From Raillietiella orientalis (lineage: Eukaryota): a stretch of DNA of 64,000 nt. Below are positions 1 to 13,111 of this stretch, piece after piece. The stretch spans positions 186,001-250,000 of the forward strand of contig JAYWIR010000054.1 in assembly GCA_036172245.1 (NCBI GenBank). The letters are read 5' to 3'. A program made the translations under genes and the position numbers. Below the pieces are notes generated by a model that searched no databases, was not told the origin of the DNA, and saw only the letters and a program-made list of their open reading frames with translations. How positions within the stretch are numbered: the first letter of the stretch is position 1; the number at the start of each line of letters is the position of its first letter.

Positions 1-377
1 TCCAAAGAGTTCACTTCCATTAATGATCTTATGCTTAAGTGGTGCCAGTATAGTGAAATCGACACGTATAGCTAGAGTAACTGCTGCTTTACCGGACCTC
101 CAAACTAATAATAATGCCTTTTTTTTTTCGTTGATAGTCCGAGAGAATCAACCAATCCGTCTTTTTAATTTCCTCTTCTTTTGGCTCTTTCCAGCAGACC
201 GCTTCTCTCTGCATTCTCTTTGGTCTTTTATGTCCGAATTATTCCCTCTTTGGAGTGTGGTTGCTTCTAAGAGCATGCAAGGAAGACTGAGTGCATCTTT
301 GTTTCCATGCAGAAACTGTCAGCCGACCTAAATCGGCGTTCTGTGCGTAAATTATAAAATGCATTTTCATGGCTTTG

Positions 378-1235
378 GTTCAAAGTCCCGAATGCTGAAA
401 TCTCCAAGGATCATGAAAAATAAATAAATGCGCTTATTTTGTGCACCAGAATATATATTTATATATCATAAAGATAATGTACATGTACATGTGCTTATTA
501 TGTATGTTCATACATAGATTAAAAGATAACTTTATTTTAACACACATATCTATTAATATAATTCGAAATAATTATTGATATCAGTATGTATGAAAGATTA
601 CAAGAATGAATACATGTCTTTCTTATATACATTGATATGCATAACAAATACATATGAAATGAATATATAGATATTCAATTATTAACATATATATTTACAG
701 AACAGTCAAAATCCTGAAAATAGAATTCGCGATTTCCTGCGAAAGTTTCATTTGTTGAATGCTGGGAATGATGGGAAAATGGAATACCAAATTTCCATCT
801 TGTGTTTTCGTTGATTTCCATTATTTTTTCGATTTTCATGGTTATTTTTTAAAATTTGATATTTACACATGTTGGTTTAAATATATATTTATTGTGTATG
901 TAAATATACATTAATAAGCACGCACGTTTATTTTTATAATCTTTCATACAAATTAATAACATATTCTACATATTATTCGTTCCATTAATTAATTACATTA
1001 TTATTTGTATTAACAACATGTATTGCAATAAATACTGATAAATGTGCATGCTGAAATAAATTTGTCTATCAATGAGATATATAAATATATATATTAATAT
1101 ACATAATAAGCACATGTATTTATTTTTTATACGATCTTTATAATGCATATTAATCTATGTATATATACTACTATATAAAATAAATATATGTGTTTGTTTC
1201 TTATGATTCGAGATCTGGCGTTCGGAATTTTGACG
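378..1235. mobile_element. AT-rich foldback / MITE-like element with long imperfect inverted arms
   Basis: tacatgtgcttattatgtat (486-505) is the exact reverse complement of 1099-1118; gtatgaaagatta (588-600) pairs with 937-949; the outer caaagtcccgaatgctgaaatctc resembles the reverse complement of ~1209-1232. Confidence 0.6.
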
Positions 1236-3898
1236 AGCACCGATTTTAGTGTATGCCTCATTTCACGGAGCACTTTTTCTAATGTCACTGATGCCACACA
1301 TCAAGACGCAGATATCCATGCATGCAAATGATCCCTAAATACATCATAAATTTGGATTCTGTGAAAGCATTTCGTTTTCCTAATGATGAGAGCTCGATAG
1401 CATAACGCATAAATAGGCGAATCTCTTAGAAAGAGGAGTATATCTTTTCTTTTAGTAATACACACAATAGATGATTTAGGAATCATCATAGATTCTGCAT
1501 TTAACCTCCAGTTTTCCCTTCGCCTCGTCCGTTTACCGACGAGGATCTGGTTTTCTTCCAGGCTTTCTGGTATTTGGGTAGCTGATGCCAGAGATTTGCA
1601 AGACTTCACCTGTGCAGCATGCAATGCTGTTCTTCCTCTCTTGGTCATTTCCCACCACACCGAGGCTCCGGGTTCTCCTGGCTGACCTGGGACCACATGC
1701 TTTCCTTAACGACGCTGAAAATATATGAACTGCCATCGAAAGTTGATGTGAGCGAAGGTGGAAAGGACTCCGTCAAAGATAAATGGACAAGATTTATGAG
1801 TCCGATTTGCTCCAGCTGCAGATGTGATTTTTTAACGGTTGGGCTTGAAGAGAAATCCAGAAGATTCCGCGAAATTCGGAAAAAGCTTACGACATTCCCG
1901 TAAAAGTCATCACGTACAAGTGATGCTGCACAGTTCGGGAATCCAAGGAAGTGCCAAACAAGTTACACACGTTCCCGCTCTTAAGGTTTGCACTTGATTT
2001 TTCAAGATCACTGTGTTATCAGCTTTATTCCGTTAATTTCGAAAGAATTCTTTTTTTTTAAAAAAAAAAAAAAAAAAAACGTGTGTAAAACAAAAAAGTC
2101 GTGCGCAACCACGAAGAGCAGTGCATGATGATTATGGACAAAAACTCGGGGGGAAAAAAAAGAAAAAAGACGATTGTACTTTCAAGTGGAGCTGAATTTT
2201 CTTCATCACCATCTTTAGAAAGCACCGTAAAAGCAGACTTCAAGGTTTTTGGACTTCGTGAAACACAGCATCCATCAGTCGCTATATCACGGCAGCAATC
2301 AATTATCTTTCCAGCATCGGTCTTATTCCCATCTTTTGGACTAAGCACAATAGAAGGAGCTTTGGATGTTTTCTCTTCTGGTTTGCGTACCTGCGATCCC
2401 AGTCGCTGGACAAGTGTCTGGTTCCAAGAATTAGTTGTCCTCTAAATCCAGCAAGTCATCTTGAAGATTCCTCCTTCTTAGGTCGTGGAACAAAAAGTGA
2501 AGATTTAGGAATTGGCTCAAACCAATTGGTTCGAAGCAAAAACTCTCTCTCCTTTTTGCCCCCTGTGGGTTTTTTTCGAGAAAAAGCAGAGTGGATCCGT
2601 TTTGTGGATTTTCATCTGCATACGAAGAAAACAATTTGTTCCGAAATTCCCTATTTAGGGAGTAAATTGGCATAGCTCGTGTTGTTTCCCGTTAAACAGT
2701 AGTCTCGAAAAAATGCTGTTGGCCACTCAGTTTAACGACTGGTTTTTCACCCCTGAAAGAACGCAAGCTACACAACCAGAAACTCCAGACCCACGTCGGT
2801 ATCTCATAGAGGGATAACACGAGAAGGTGAAGGCGCAAACACGAAGAGGGGTAACCGTAGATGCACTCAATGCAGAGTTTCTTTTGCAAGGTGAGGAAGA
2901 ATTGTGTAAACCTCGAATTCTATCGGTAGCACTCCTGTGAAAGGCTGTGTGCTTCAGGGCGAAATACACAATCTTGTGACCAATGAAACGTACCTTAGCA
3001 AAAAGTACTAGAACAAGCTTCGGCAATCGAAGAAATACCGAAAGATTACAAAAATCTTTCCTAGTCATTTTTCCAGAAACCATTGATTTATCCAAAGGAA
3101 GCATTTGCACATCTTTGAATGAATCATTTGATTCTCCACCTTGGGACTTGCATTCGTCCTGCAGCTTGAAAAAATCTGCATGTTATTTCATTGCTCTGGA
3201 CACTAGTACACCCTTCTTTCGGTTTAAATGCTTCTCATAAGAAAGCAAACATGCCCCGCAATTTCCATCCTTCTTTCCATTGACAAGAATTAATGATGAC
3301 TTTTAAAGCAATAAATATCCTTGAAAGCCACATAATTTGCAAGAAGCAGTCACTGCATGAGGAAAAGTCATGGCTATTAGCCAACAAAAAATTAATGCAT
3401 TCTTATTTCGACGCATCTCCATTTCAGAAAGAGGCAAATTTTACCTGCACACGAGTCAGCATTTCAAATTTCTTTCCTCCAAAGCGAGCACGGAATCACC
3501 AAAACTTGTTTCGTGTGAACATCAGAGGGCGTAGGAATTATTTGTTAAGATGGACCCCCGCTCTATCACGATAGCAATCACCGATTCAGATGTAAGACCA
3601 AGTTAAGATGAAGCACACTGATGTGAAAGACTGCTGAATGTGTTTTCGCGACCTTTGTTTCTTCCATAGTTGAGCTTTATTTGGGGCCTATATGCTGACA
3701 AATTAATATTTCTAATCATCAATGAGTTCAAGATTAGGGATAAGCCTGTTTTTTTCGTAAATGTGGAATGCTAATAATAAATTGTGGGCTTAGAGGTTGC
3801 TATTATAGATTTTCATACTAAATTAAAATGAATTTTTAAAGAATTATAAGAATGGAATGTAATTGATAATAATTTATGTGAAATGATGTTTTAATTAG

Positions 3899-6800
3899 TC
3901 GGAAGAGATAAATTGTGAAGTGAGAAGATGGTAAGCAATTTCTTTCACATTTGGGTTAATTTGAGCTTTTTCTACCCAGCATGTGCAACTATGCACTCCA
4001 TAACCGTCAAATGTAGCGAAAACCAAGGTTTATTGCTTCATGAGTTTTTGTTAATGATAACCATTACGAACTTGGCATTGTCGTGCGACATTTGTTGCAA
4101 TCCCTCCATAAAGGCATAATCATTGCAACCTTAGGACAATATACATCAGTGTGAAGAACCGCCACTCAAGGTGACTGGAGCATTGGTTTTCACTTGTACC
4201 AAAACTGAGTGTATTCGGATTTCTTGTACATGGGCCAAAACCTGGAAATAGGGTGATGGAACAATCACATTCCAATCCGTACAATCTGACGGTGCTTTTT
4301 GTGGACATTGTGTGTTTGATGCAAAGGGGCCTTTGAAAAACTTGAGTGATTACAACTTCATGTGGTCATTATTTGAACAGGCGCCGCACACACAGGAAGG
4401 GTTCGCAGTACGTTGGTTGGCACACTCGGAGTGAAGAAATCAAACATATATTTTTAATCAGGAAATTTGAAGGCATATTTGAAGTTGAAATCAAAACCAT
4501 AGATGTTGATTAGGTGAGAAACATTGGCCAAGAAACTTTGCAATAGGTTACGTTTAACTCTTCAGATGTGAAAGTTTTTTTTTAATTTCTTACTCAAAAT
4601 TACATTATTCGATAGGCACCACTGGGCTGCGTTGTCGGAAGTGGTTGCAAGAGGAGTAGGCAATGAGGGTAGGTGGTCAAAATTTATTGTACAAACGCGA
4701 GGTACGGGAGCCAAAAAAAAGATCCTTCTGGTTGCAGAATTTCATAAGGCATCTTGATAGGCAGTTACCACTTTTGGTTAACTGCTGAGAGTGATGCTAA
4801 AGCAAAATCTAAATGGTTCCTGGCAATGATTTCATACTCAAAGCTTGGACATCAGTTACTCAGCACGCGGAAAATAGTTGCCGAGTATTTGAAAATTGCT
4901 TTGAAAAATATCCCTTCTGTATTCTTATTTTCATTGAGGATTGCTGCTTCTGATAATATGTTTTGTCTTTTGATAATAGGATTCGTTCATGCTACGTTTC
5001 CGATTTTAGATCAAGCAGCGTTATGTAATTATTGTACGTATACATATGCGTGAAATGAACTTTGAACCACAATGAAAAAATCGGTATTTACCAACTTGAG
5101 GTGCTTTTTTTTTTGATATGTTTTGAAACTGTTTTTAGCATTTCAATGAATAATTTTATTGAATAATTGTATACACCACTCTTATGGTATGGTTTAATGA
5201 TGAATCAAATTTAATTTTTCATATTATAATTGCAGTATTTATGTTACAATTTATTAATAATCTTATTGTTTTTATATCATAATTACATCGTTATTTTTGT
5301 ATTATAATTACTCTTCACAAATGTAACCAGTGCTCCTGGTGTTCACATTGTAACCATTTGCAGTTACATGTTGCATGTTTTATTTGAATGAATTCACTCA
5401 TGTGTCTAGTTAGTGTGCATTAATCAAGGTTTTATCAACATCTGCCCTGTTCTTATTTGGATGTGAAATAGAAACGTGAAAACATCATTAGTGCATGTGT
5501 TGGATTAGACTGTAGTTCATAGTGTTTTAGATATCTGAAATAATGATGAAAGTTGATTTTTATTTCCTTTTTTTCCTTTCTATCATATGTTGATGCAAAC
5601 ACCTGTTTGCATACTTGAATGATTTCCCAGTTACCAGTTGGCAATATGTAATAATTCATCACCGAACATTCAATCACACTGTTTGCAATACCAAGTAATG
5701 TATTCAATTTCCATGTGTTAAAAACTTGTCGGATTTCTGTTCCAAATGATAATTTTGATGTTTGCTAAGATTGCAGTTCATTTTGGGACTTCAGCAAGGG
5801 AAACAGCTGCTCTTTTTGTTGCACAAGCAGATGTGGTCATTTGTTGATGCTTGTGAGAGTAAGCAAATTGAAGATTGTTAGTGATCTGATGCCCACTCAT
5901 GTGGACACGTGTCCACTTGCTTGTATCTTTCTTTATACTTTTGAAATTTGGATTCTAGGGAGGACTTCCAGGTTTCATTTAAATGGAATTTGAAGTGTTT
6001 GGATTGAGAGATTTATGACAGCTTCTCTATATGTTTCATTCATTGTTATGTTTGCTGAAATTCTCTAGGGGTGTTTTGTTATATTTCTATTTTTTTTTTT
6101 TTTTTCTTCCCTACTAGAGTCTGCATATTCAATGTGATGGCATGTTAAAATGGGTTTGTTTTTCTCCCGTTTTTCACAGGAAGATGGTATGTGGCATGGT
6201 GTAAGATATAAAGCTATTTTTCTCATTTATTAGTCAAATTCATGTTCAGTTATTTCTCTCGTTTTGTTTTGGCCCCTTTACTTTTTCAATTGATGTATTT
6301 AATTAGTGTGGGCTACTTTTGTGGTTAATGAGTAATAATTATTGTGTGAATGCAGATGCAATTCTTATCGTTATTTTATTTACTGTGGTGTAGTTGTAAG
6401 CCACATTTGCGATGTATAATAAGATGTTAGGTTCGCATGTTCGCACATTGATTCCACCAAGCCCATGGGTTTGAAGAGGTAAGCAAACAGAAAACCAATG
6501 TTGAGTTTTTTCTCCTTTTCCATTTTTTCAATTGGGTATTTTTGTTTGAATTAGCATACCTGTTCTTTTTGCCTGAAGCCAAGAGTTTCTGGGTCCACTC
6601 CTTTGGCATGCTGGAAACTGTTGCAGAGGCAGATGGATTGGTCCAGTCAACTGTGGAGGATGCGAGCATGCATCAATTGCCCTCTCAGGAAATCAGCTCT
6701 GAAGAGAAATTTCTTTTCTTTCTCTTCCTTTTTGGGGGGCGACAAGCAGGTGCAAATCACGCCATCAGTTCAAAACCGAAGTTTAAACACATCACAGTGA

Positions 6801-8290
6801 ATTTTGTTTCATTTTGGATATTTTGAAGGGGACCAAACTTCTCAGGGACTGAATACCCTTTTTTCTTTTTCCTTCTCCTCGGTGCCCTACCTGTTTACAT
6901 GGCACCATCCTCACTTCTGGTGCAGAGAAGGTTCATTGGTTATATACGCTGACGGTAAATTCGTGACTTTAGAGGAAGGTTCCCCAAAGGATCTGCGACG
7001 TCGGTCTGCAGCCGCCGTTGCTTTTGCAGGCACTTACTGTGAACGTTTTGATTCCTTGTTGAGAAACTGGGAAGAGAAGATTGGACACTTCGTAGAAGAT
7101 TGTTTGTCTCGGGTCTTTTCGACGTCTTGATCGTCTGAGTGGTCCGAAACAGCTGATTTGAATTTCGTTTTGTTTTACGATCCGTCTCTTCTCACCCACT
7201 TGAATTGGAAATATCGTCGTCTTTTTTTAGACGAGTACATGTTCGTAGGAATGTAGTAGTTAAGGGCAACTCAAACTCTCAGTGAAACATAAGCAGAGAA
7301 TGCCATAATTGTGATTTATGTTGCTATAATTCATCATAACCACAGGGTACATTCGTTGTGGCTACCATTTGGTGGCGGCTGACTGTTTTTTGTGGCTCCT
7401 ACGTTTTCAAAAAAATAGCTTGTTTTAATCTGCTGAACTGTTTCAGTGTCGAATATTTTCGAGTCTGATACTGCATTTCCTCATACTCAGGCATGCAGAG
7501 TGCATGCTTAGTATACATTCCTTAATAATAGTGTATTTAATAATGGTGGTCAAGGGCTCGTGGCTATCCACTTTCTTGAAATTAAGTTTCCGGTGCAGAG
7601 CTGTTGGGTTCGATTCGGGATGGGATGGTGGGTGCTGTTGCGTGTGGTCCTATTCTACTCGTATCTATTTCTGATGCGGATCTTTGAGTGTTGCCCCTTC
7701 TACCCACCCACGGCTCGAAAAGACCTGTCGAGGGTATGTTACGTGTGGTACGGGAAGTGATGCAGCTGTCTTCTCGTTTTGACTGCTCCGGTTCAGCGCG
7801 ACGACGGCGCAGCGGTTCGGTCACGTGACCAGTCCTGCCAAAGTTGCCCCGGGGTAAGCGGAACTTGGGTGCGTCTGGTTGCCCAGGCGAATCGCATAAA
7901 GGTTTAGCTAGCAGAAATCCTCAAAGGGTAGTCTGTAGTGACGGTGGGATTCAAACATCCTGGATCACTGCAGTAGATTGATTGAAAGAGTCGACAATCT
8001 CCAAGCTGTTGTAGGTGTTGGTTAGTCCTGAATCGGGGGATTGGTCCAGATTCCCCGGATGTAGCCTATCTGGGAAGGTTGTGGACATTTCCTTAGTTGC
8101 GTCGACTATTTAGGGATAGTTTCCTGAAGCTTTGGTTTGGAACAGTTATTCGTTGTTCCGATCGAGTGCTTCCGTTAAGAAGTGAATTATGTGATGCGTC
8201 CTTGACGGTAAACTTTGTGTTTTTACAGTGCAGAATCATTGACTGCATCATGAATCAGTACCCGAAATAAAAGTGCATTCCAGTCATTTT
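3899..8290 (+). ncRNA. Putative multi-exon non-coding transcript (possible small-RNA host gene)
   Basis: Short AG/GT-bounded candidate exons: 3899-3930, 4462-4513, 4616-4668, 5831-5858, 6180-6200, 6431-6478, and a terminal 8229- exon with AATAAA at 8266-8271. GTAAGC donors recur. No continuous ORF found. Confidence 0.35.
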
Positions 8291-11200
8291 TCACCCATCA
8301 GCATAAACGCCGACTCGACGGAGTCTTCCAGTTTTCGATCAGGTCATTGCAGCCTATCTGGGTTCGGAGGGTCATATTTGCTGCACATACAGCTGCATTC
8401 ATCACTAGGCATCCAGGAGTGAAGGTCATCACGTAAATATCGGAAAGTTCGGCATGCTGGCATTTTAGTTGGTGAGAGAAAGTGAGCACACAAATCGGAG
8501 GAACACATCAAAAAAAAAAGGGGGGGGGGAGCGTATTTAGGCAGAAACATACGATGAAATGTATAACGAAAACTTAATAATCTAAAGTTCGTGTTTTCCA
8601 TCGTCTTGGTGTGAAGGTGAGATCGTGGTAAACGTCTGAGTCGCCTCAGATAATTTAGTAAACGGGTATCCAGGCCTTTTTGTCTTTTGTGCCGGACTCT
8701 TGCGTTTGTCCGGTTGGCAGAATCGGCGTCCACGGTACATCCGAAAATGAACCAAAAGGCCGTAAGCGCTCCCAGGTGTTGTTCTTCACAGGCTAGCGAT
8801 GTGAATATGGCGAGATGCGGATGGTGAACCCACACCATCCCTCGAGCAAATCGTCAGCAACACGGTCGGCAGGCAGGCCTTCTTCTTCGAAACCGACAGT
8901 GCGTTACTGAATGGGAAAGCGTCGCAGAACCTGCAAGACCTTCTTCCGCCAGCATCCTCAAACAGCATCTCGGGGGAGGCCGTCTTCAGGGCCTTTCAGC
9001 GCAAGGGATCGGAGATAGAAGGTTTGCTTCTATAAGAGGAAGGTTCCGAGTTCCATTAGTCGTTCGTGGGTGTGCAGTGATGGCGTTGAATGTTGTTCGC
9101 ACGGCGCTCAAGTGAAGAAAGACTTTTTGGATGACGTGGCGGATGGGTTTTCGCGCAAAGATTCTGAGGTTTCCGTAGCTTTGGCGGACTGGGCTTGCTC
9201 CCTTCCACTAGCCGGCCCGTGCTGCCGAGTCGGCGCCTAGTCGTCCACGTGGACCCAGGTTCCTCGTCCGCGTTCTTGGAATCGGAGGCGGACCCGAAGT
9301 GCTGATTCGTGGATTCGCAAGATCCAGGAAAGCTCGATGAGTTACTTTCCTTTTTTTGCTTGCAATGAAACGAGTCGGAAAAAGGGAAAAGAAATTCAGG
9401 GGGCATTTTTTTTTTATTGCCGTTTTTCGATAAATCATGCTTTTTATTACACTTCCGTTTCTCAGAGGGTCCTAAGGGTGTCGCCTTTCTCGGTGTCTCC
9501 ATCGGAGAGTGCTAAAATGACGAATGGTATATTCCAGTCTTTTTCAGGTAACCCACGGAACCCATGTTTCCCGTTCTTGCAGTCTCCGTGTTGAAGATTG
9601 AGTTTGTCGGTCCTCGGTCGATCAGCCGTGGCAACGAACTCCGGATGGTGGATACGTCTGACGAAAGGTCTTCGGGAAACTGAGCTCGGAAACGATCCGT
9701 CGGTTGTTCGATCGTGGGGACTCCACACGTTCTTCGATCTTCGCCCGGTATCGGCGGACACGTCATGGTGTGTCGCATCCTTTCACGGCCCTCCCTGAGA
9801 TGCTGTTCGACGATTTGGCGGAGGAAGGCCTTTCAGATTCTGCGACGCTTTCCCGTTCAGTAAAGTGCTGTCGATTTCGAAGACCTCGGATGGGAATGCG
9901 CGAGAAGACCTCTCGGCGTCTTCAAATCGGAGGCGCCTTTCGTCGGGAAAAGCGCGGGAGAATGCGGTGGTGGAGCGCAGAAGTGAGTGAGCGACTTCTT
10001 TTCTCCGTAAATTTCCCTTTTTTTTTTTTTTTTTTTTTCCTTTTTCGGAGCAAAATATTATTTTCCACTCTCCTTTGTTTTTTGATTTATTTTTTTGTCG
10101 TCTTTCAGCCGTATGCAAATTCAATCCTTCTCTCTCTATTTTTTTTTTTGGCTTTTTAGTGCGATCCATCGTAAAGTGGCACTTTTTTCGACAACCCTCC
10201 CATCACCAACGATGCCGCAGGTGCAAACACTTCAAATGGAGACGGAGTAAAATCGGCACATGTATATACGAAGCGGAGGCTTTATGTACGTCCAGCCAAA
10301 GAGCGCTGAGATCGTACGGAGTGCTTCAGGGGGGAGGTGGGCATAAGGAATCCCGAGGATGGCCCAAGTCAACTGAAACCCCAGTGATTAAATGGCTCGG
10401 TGGAAAAAGCATTGGGTGTTCAACACGTGCCCTTCGTGATTACACTTCTGTAATTGCATCTCCGAACCGAAGCCGTTCAATCCACGAGATGTTTCACGGA
10501 GCGGTCTCGTGGATACAGTTATACAGTTTCATTGTAATTTTTAGGCGTCGTTATTTTAGGGCTTTCAAATTTGGTTTTGTAAATAAAGGCGAGCGTCCGT
10601 CGGGACGTAGCGAAATCCTGGCGTGGATTCGAATTTCCAGTTTCCCCCAGTCGTAGGGAAGACTCGAGAGGCTGGGATCAGCGCTGCCGTGCTTTTCTTC
10701 GGGGTTGCCTTCAGCCCGTTTTCTTAGCGGGGACTTCGTCGGGAGCGACCTCGGTGTGTCGCCGAATAAAGGCGTGCCCATTTCTTCCCAGCCTCGTGAC
10801 GTGCCGAAGCTGCTCGAGTTTCTGTTCCGGTTGGCATCTTCCCGCGCGCGATCATCTTGTCCTGGAAAGTGGCCATCCAGGTCCCAGGAAGAACTTGCGC
10901 AGTGAAAAGAGCAGCCGAAAAGAGCACACGCGTTAGCCGCACACTCTTGTGCGAAATAAAAAGGTTTCTGAGGGAGGTTTGGCGTGGGTCAGCTTAAGCG
11001 CCTGAAGTCATTTGGGAGGGAGACCACCTTTGAAAATCAAATGTTACCATGCAAGAGTTGTTCCCTGTCTCCATGATTCTTGCGTGCAACAGAAAGTGCA
11101 TGAAAAGGACAAGGAAACGCATCCATAGCATCACTTTCGTTTGATCATCTCTGCCAGAGTCGAAAAGTAGTTCGCAGGGGGTAAAAGGTCGGAAACTTAT

Positions 11201-12402
11201 CCCGAGGGCGTCTTTCCTTGATGTGGAATCGTACTCTTTTGCTGGGCGGTCGGTCATGGAAAGTACGTGGTGCCTTTCAGTAGCACCCCGTTCCTTTTTT
11301 TTTTGTGCTCGCAGTTTTGCTGCCGGCTTCGCCCTTCGGGATGATTCAATGATTCTGGTCATTCCAAGGAAGGTTTCACGTTCTGTGGTGGTTGCATGGG
11401 ATGCAGAATTGTCAGATGAGCGGGGTGTGGAGAACCGAACGCCAGGCGTGGCTGTTGAGCGGGACTCCGCCATTTTAGGTTTTGCAATCGAGTGCAGACG
11501 CGTCGTCGACTCCACATGTGCCCCGAGGGCACTTGCGGAAACGATTTCATCGCTGGAAACCAACTTGCGTGATTTCGTCGTCGGCTTTTGTACCGTACAA
11601 ACGTGCACGTGTATCGATCCCTCGATCTACGACCAGGAACAGAGTTCACTGCCGTTGCTTCCGTGCTGTTCTTCCCTGGGGGTGGCGTGCGGGGGAAAGG
11701 AAATCCTGGATTCTGGCCAGCAACTCACCCGGCCATCTTTCGATAGGGTTGAGAGGGTGGCGAAATCTGCGGATTCGCACCCCAGGCACGCTCTCCGTCG
11801 CTTCGGACCGGTCGATCCCGACTTCCTTTCCTTAAAATGGATGTCTCGTGGAACGAATGGTTTCGGGAATCCTTCGGCGACTCGTTTTCCCCGTTAGAGA
11901 CCCCCACACCAAGGAAGAACGGGAAGGTCCCATGCAAGGAAAGTTCGAGGGGGTGTCTGCGGTCAGACTTGCTCTTCCTTGATTCTACGTGCTTTATTGG
12001 AATCCATCGGTTTCGTGAAACGAGGATCGCATGCGGAGAAGGACACTGCAGCCGTCGACTTGCTGTGTCTCCTCTGGAAACTCCCGTTGGCGCCAATTTT
12101 GGAAACTCCCGTTGCTCGCTCGCATCGGAGAGGTTTCCTCGTTGGCTGGGAGCATCGTTCTTCCGACATCGCATCCGAGTGCCACTTCTCGTCGATGCTG
12201 TTCGTGGTGATTCAGGAGCCTCTCTCTGCTTTCGGTCGCCTGGCTCGTGTGCTGCCGGCGTATTCCGTACCCACCATTCGATGCATCCAAGCATTGAGAG
12301 TATGCGATCGTTGGATCGGTGACTTCCAAGGAGCTCTGGTGCACCAGCAACCGTCGCGAAGGATTTGCTGAATACATTCTACGTGCGTAATGTATGTCCG
12401 CT

Positions 12403-12408
12403 TTTATT
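12403..12408 (-). terminator. Candidate Wnt7 polyadenylation signal AATAAA
   Basis: tttatt on the plus strand ~550 nt past the stop; motif only, no transcript evidence. Confidence 0.3.
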
Positions 12409-12832
12409 GGTTTCATTCGTTTGAGAGGAAGATGAATTCCTTGCTCTGACTGTCGGTTGCTTCTTGTCACATCTCAGTTGGTTTGCACCAGGAAGTGAAG
12501 GCGCAGTTCTTCTTGAATCGAAAAAGGTTCATCGGACAAGTCGGCTCTCCGGGTTCATATGGAATGCCGCTGGCAAAGTTATCCGAAGCCCTCCCGTTCT
12601 TGATGGGTCACGCGTGTTGTACACGTTTCCTACCTTTCGTTTTCGTGTAAAAAGAAAAAAAAAAAAAAAAAGTCCATCTCACGAGGAGAGATTTCTTTTT
12701 GGTGTTTTTGTGTCCAAACACAACCTTCTCCTAAAATCACGCAAAACAAAACAGATTCAACTACTAATAAAAAATATATTTTTCGTTCTTACGTATGAGA
12801 TTCGAAAATAAATTTCCTCTCTTTAAAAAAAC

Positions 12833-12835
<3 letters not shown>

Positions 12836-12903
<68 letters not shown>

Positions 12904-12927
12904 ACACAAAAAAAAAAAAAAAAAAAA
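12836..12927. repeat. (AC)n microsatellite (~36 units) plus A20 tract in the Wnt7 3' UTR
   Basis: Directly visible; begins about 33 nt past the stop codon on the minus strand. Confidence 0.97.
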
Positions 12928-12959
12928 TCGTAAACATCACATTTGATCACAGATTGCAG

Positions 12960-13111
12960 CTATTTGCAAGAATGAATGTCTCTTTGCTCCAAACATGTGT
13001 TGCATTCTACATTGCAGCACCAGTGAAATTTGCAGCGACACTGCCATTGCAAATGAAGCACGTGCGTGTTGTATCCGCGTCCACAGCACATGAAGTCACA
13101 GCCATCTTCAT
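12960..13111 (-). CDS. Wnt7: Wnt7 exon 5 (C-terminal Cys-rich finger, stop TAG)
   Basis: Acceptor aatccag|AT; encodes [50 protein letters not shown]. Confidence 0.93.

Noticed and set aside
1301..3300. Cluster of minus-strand ORFs that look vaguely coding
   Set aside because: Frames are broken by stops, no recognisable domain, and no consistent splice model could be built; may be a decayed or unrecognised gene.
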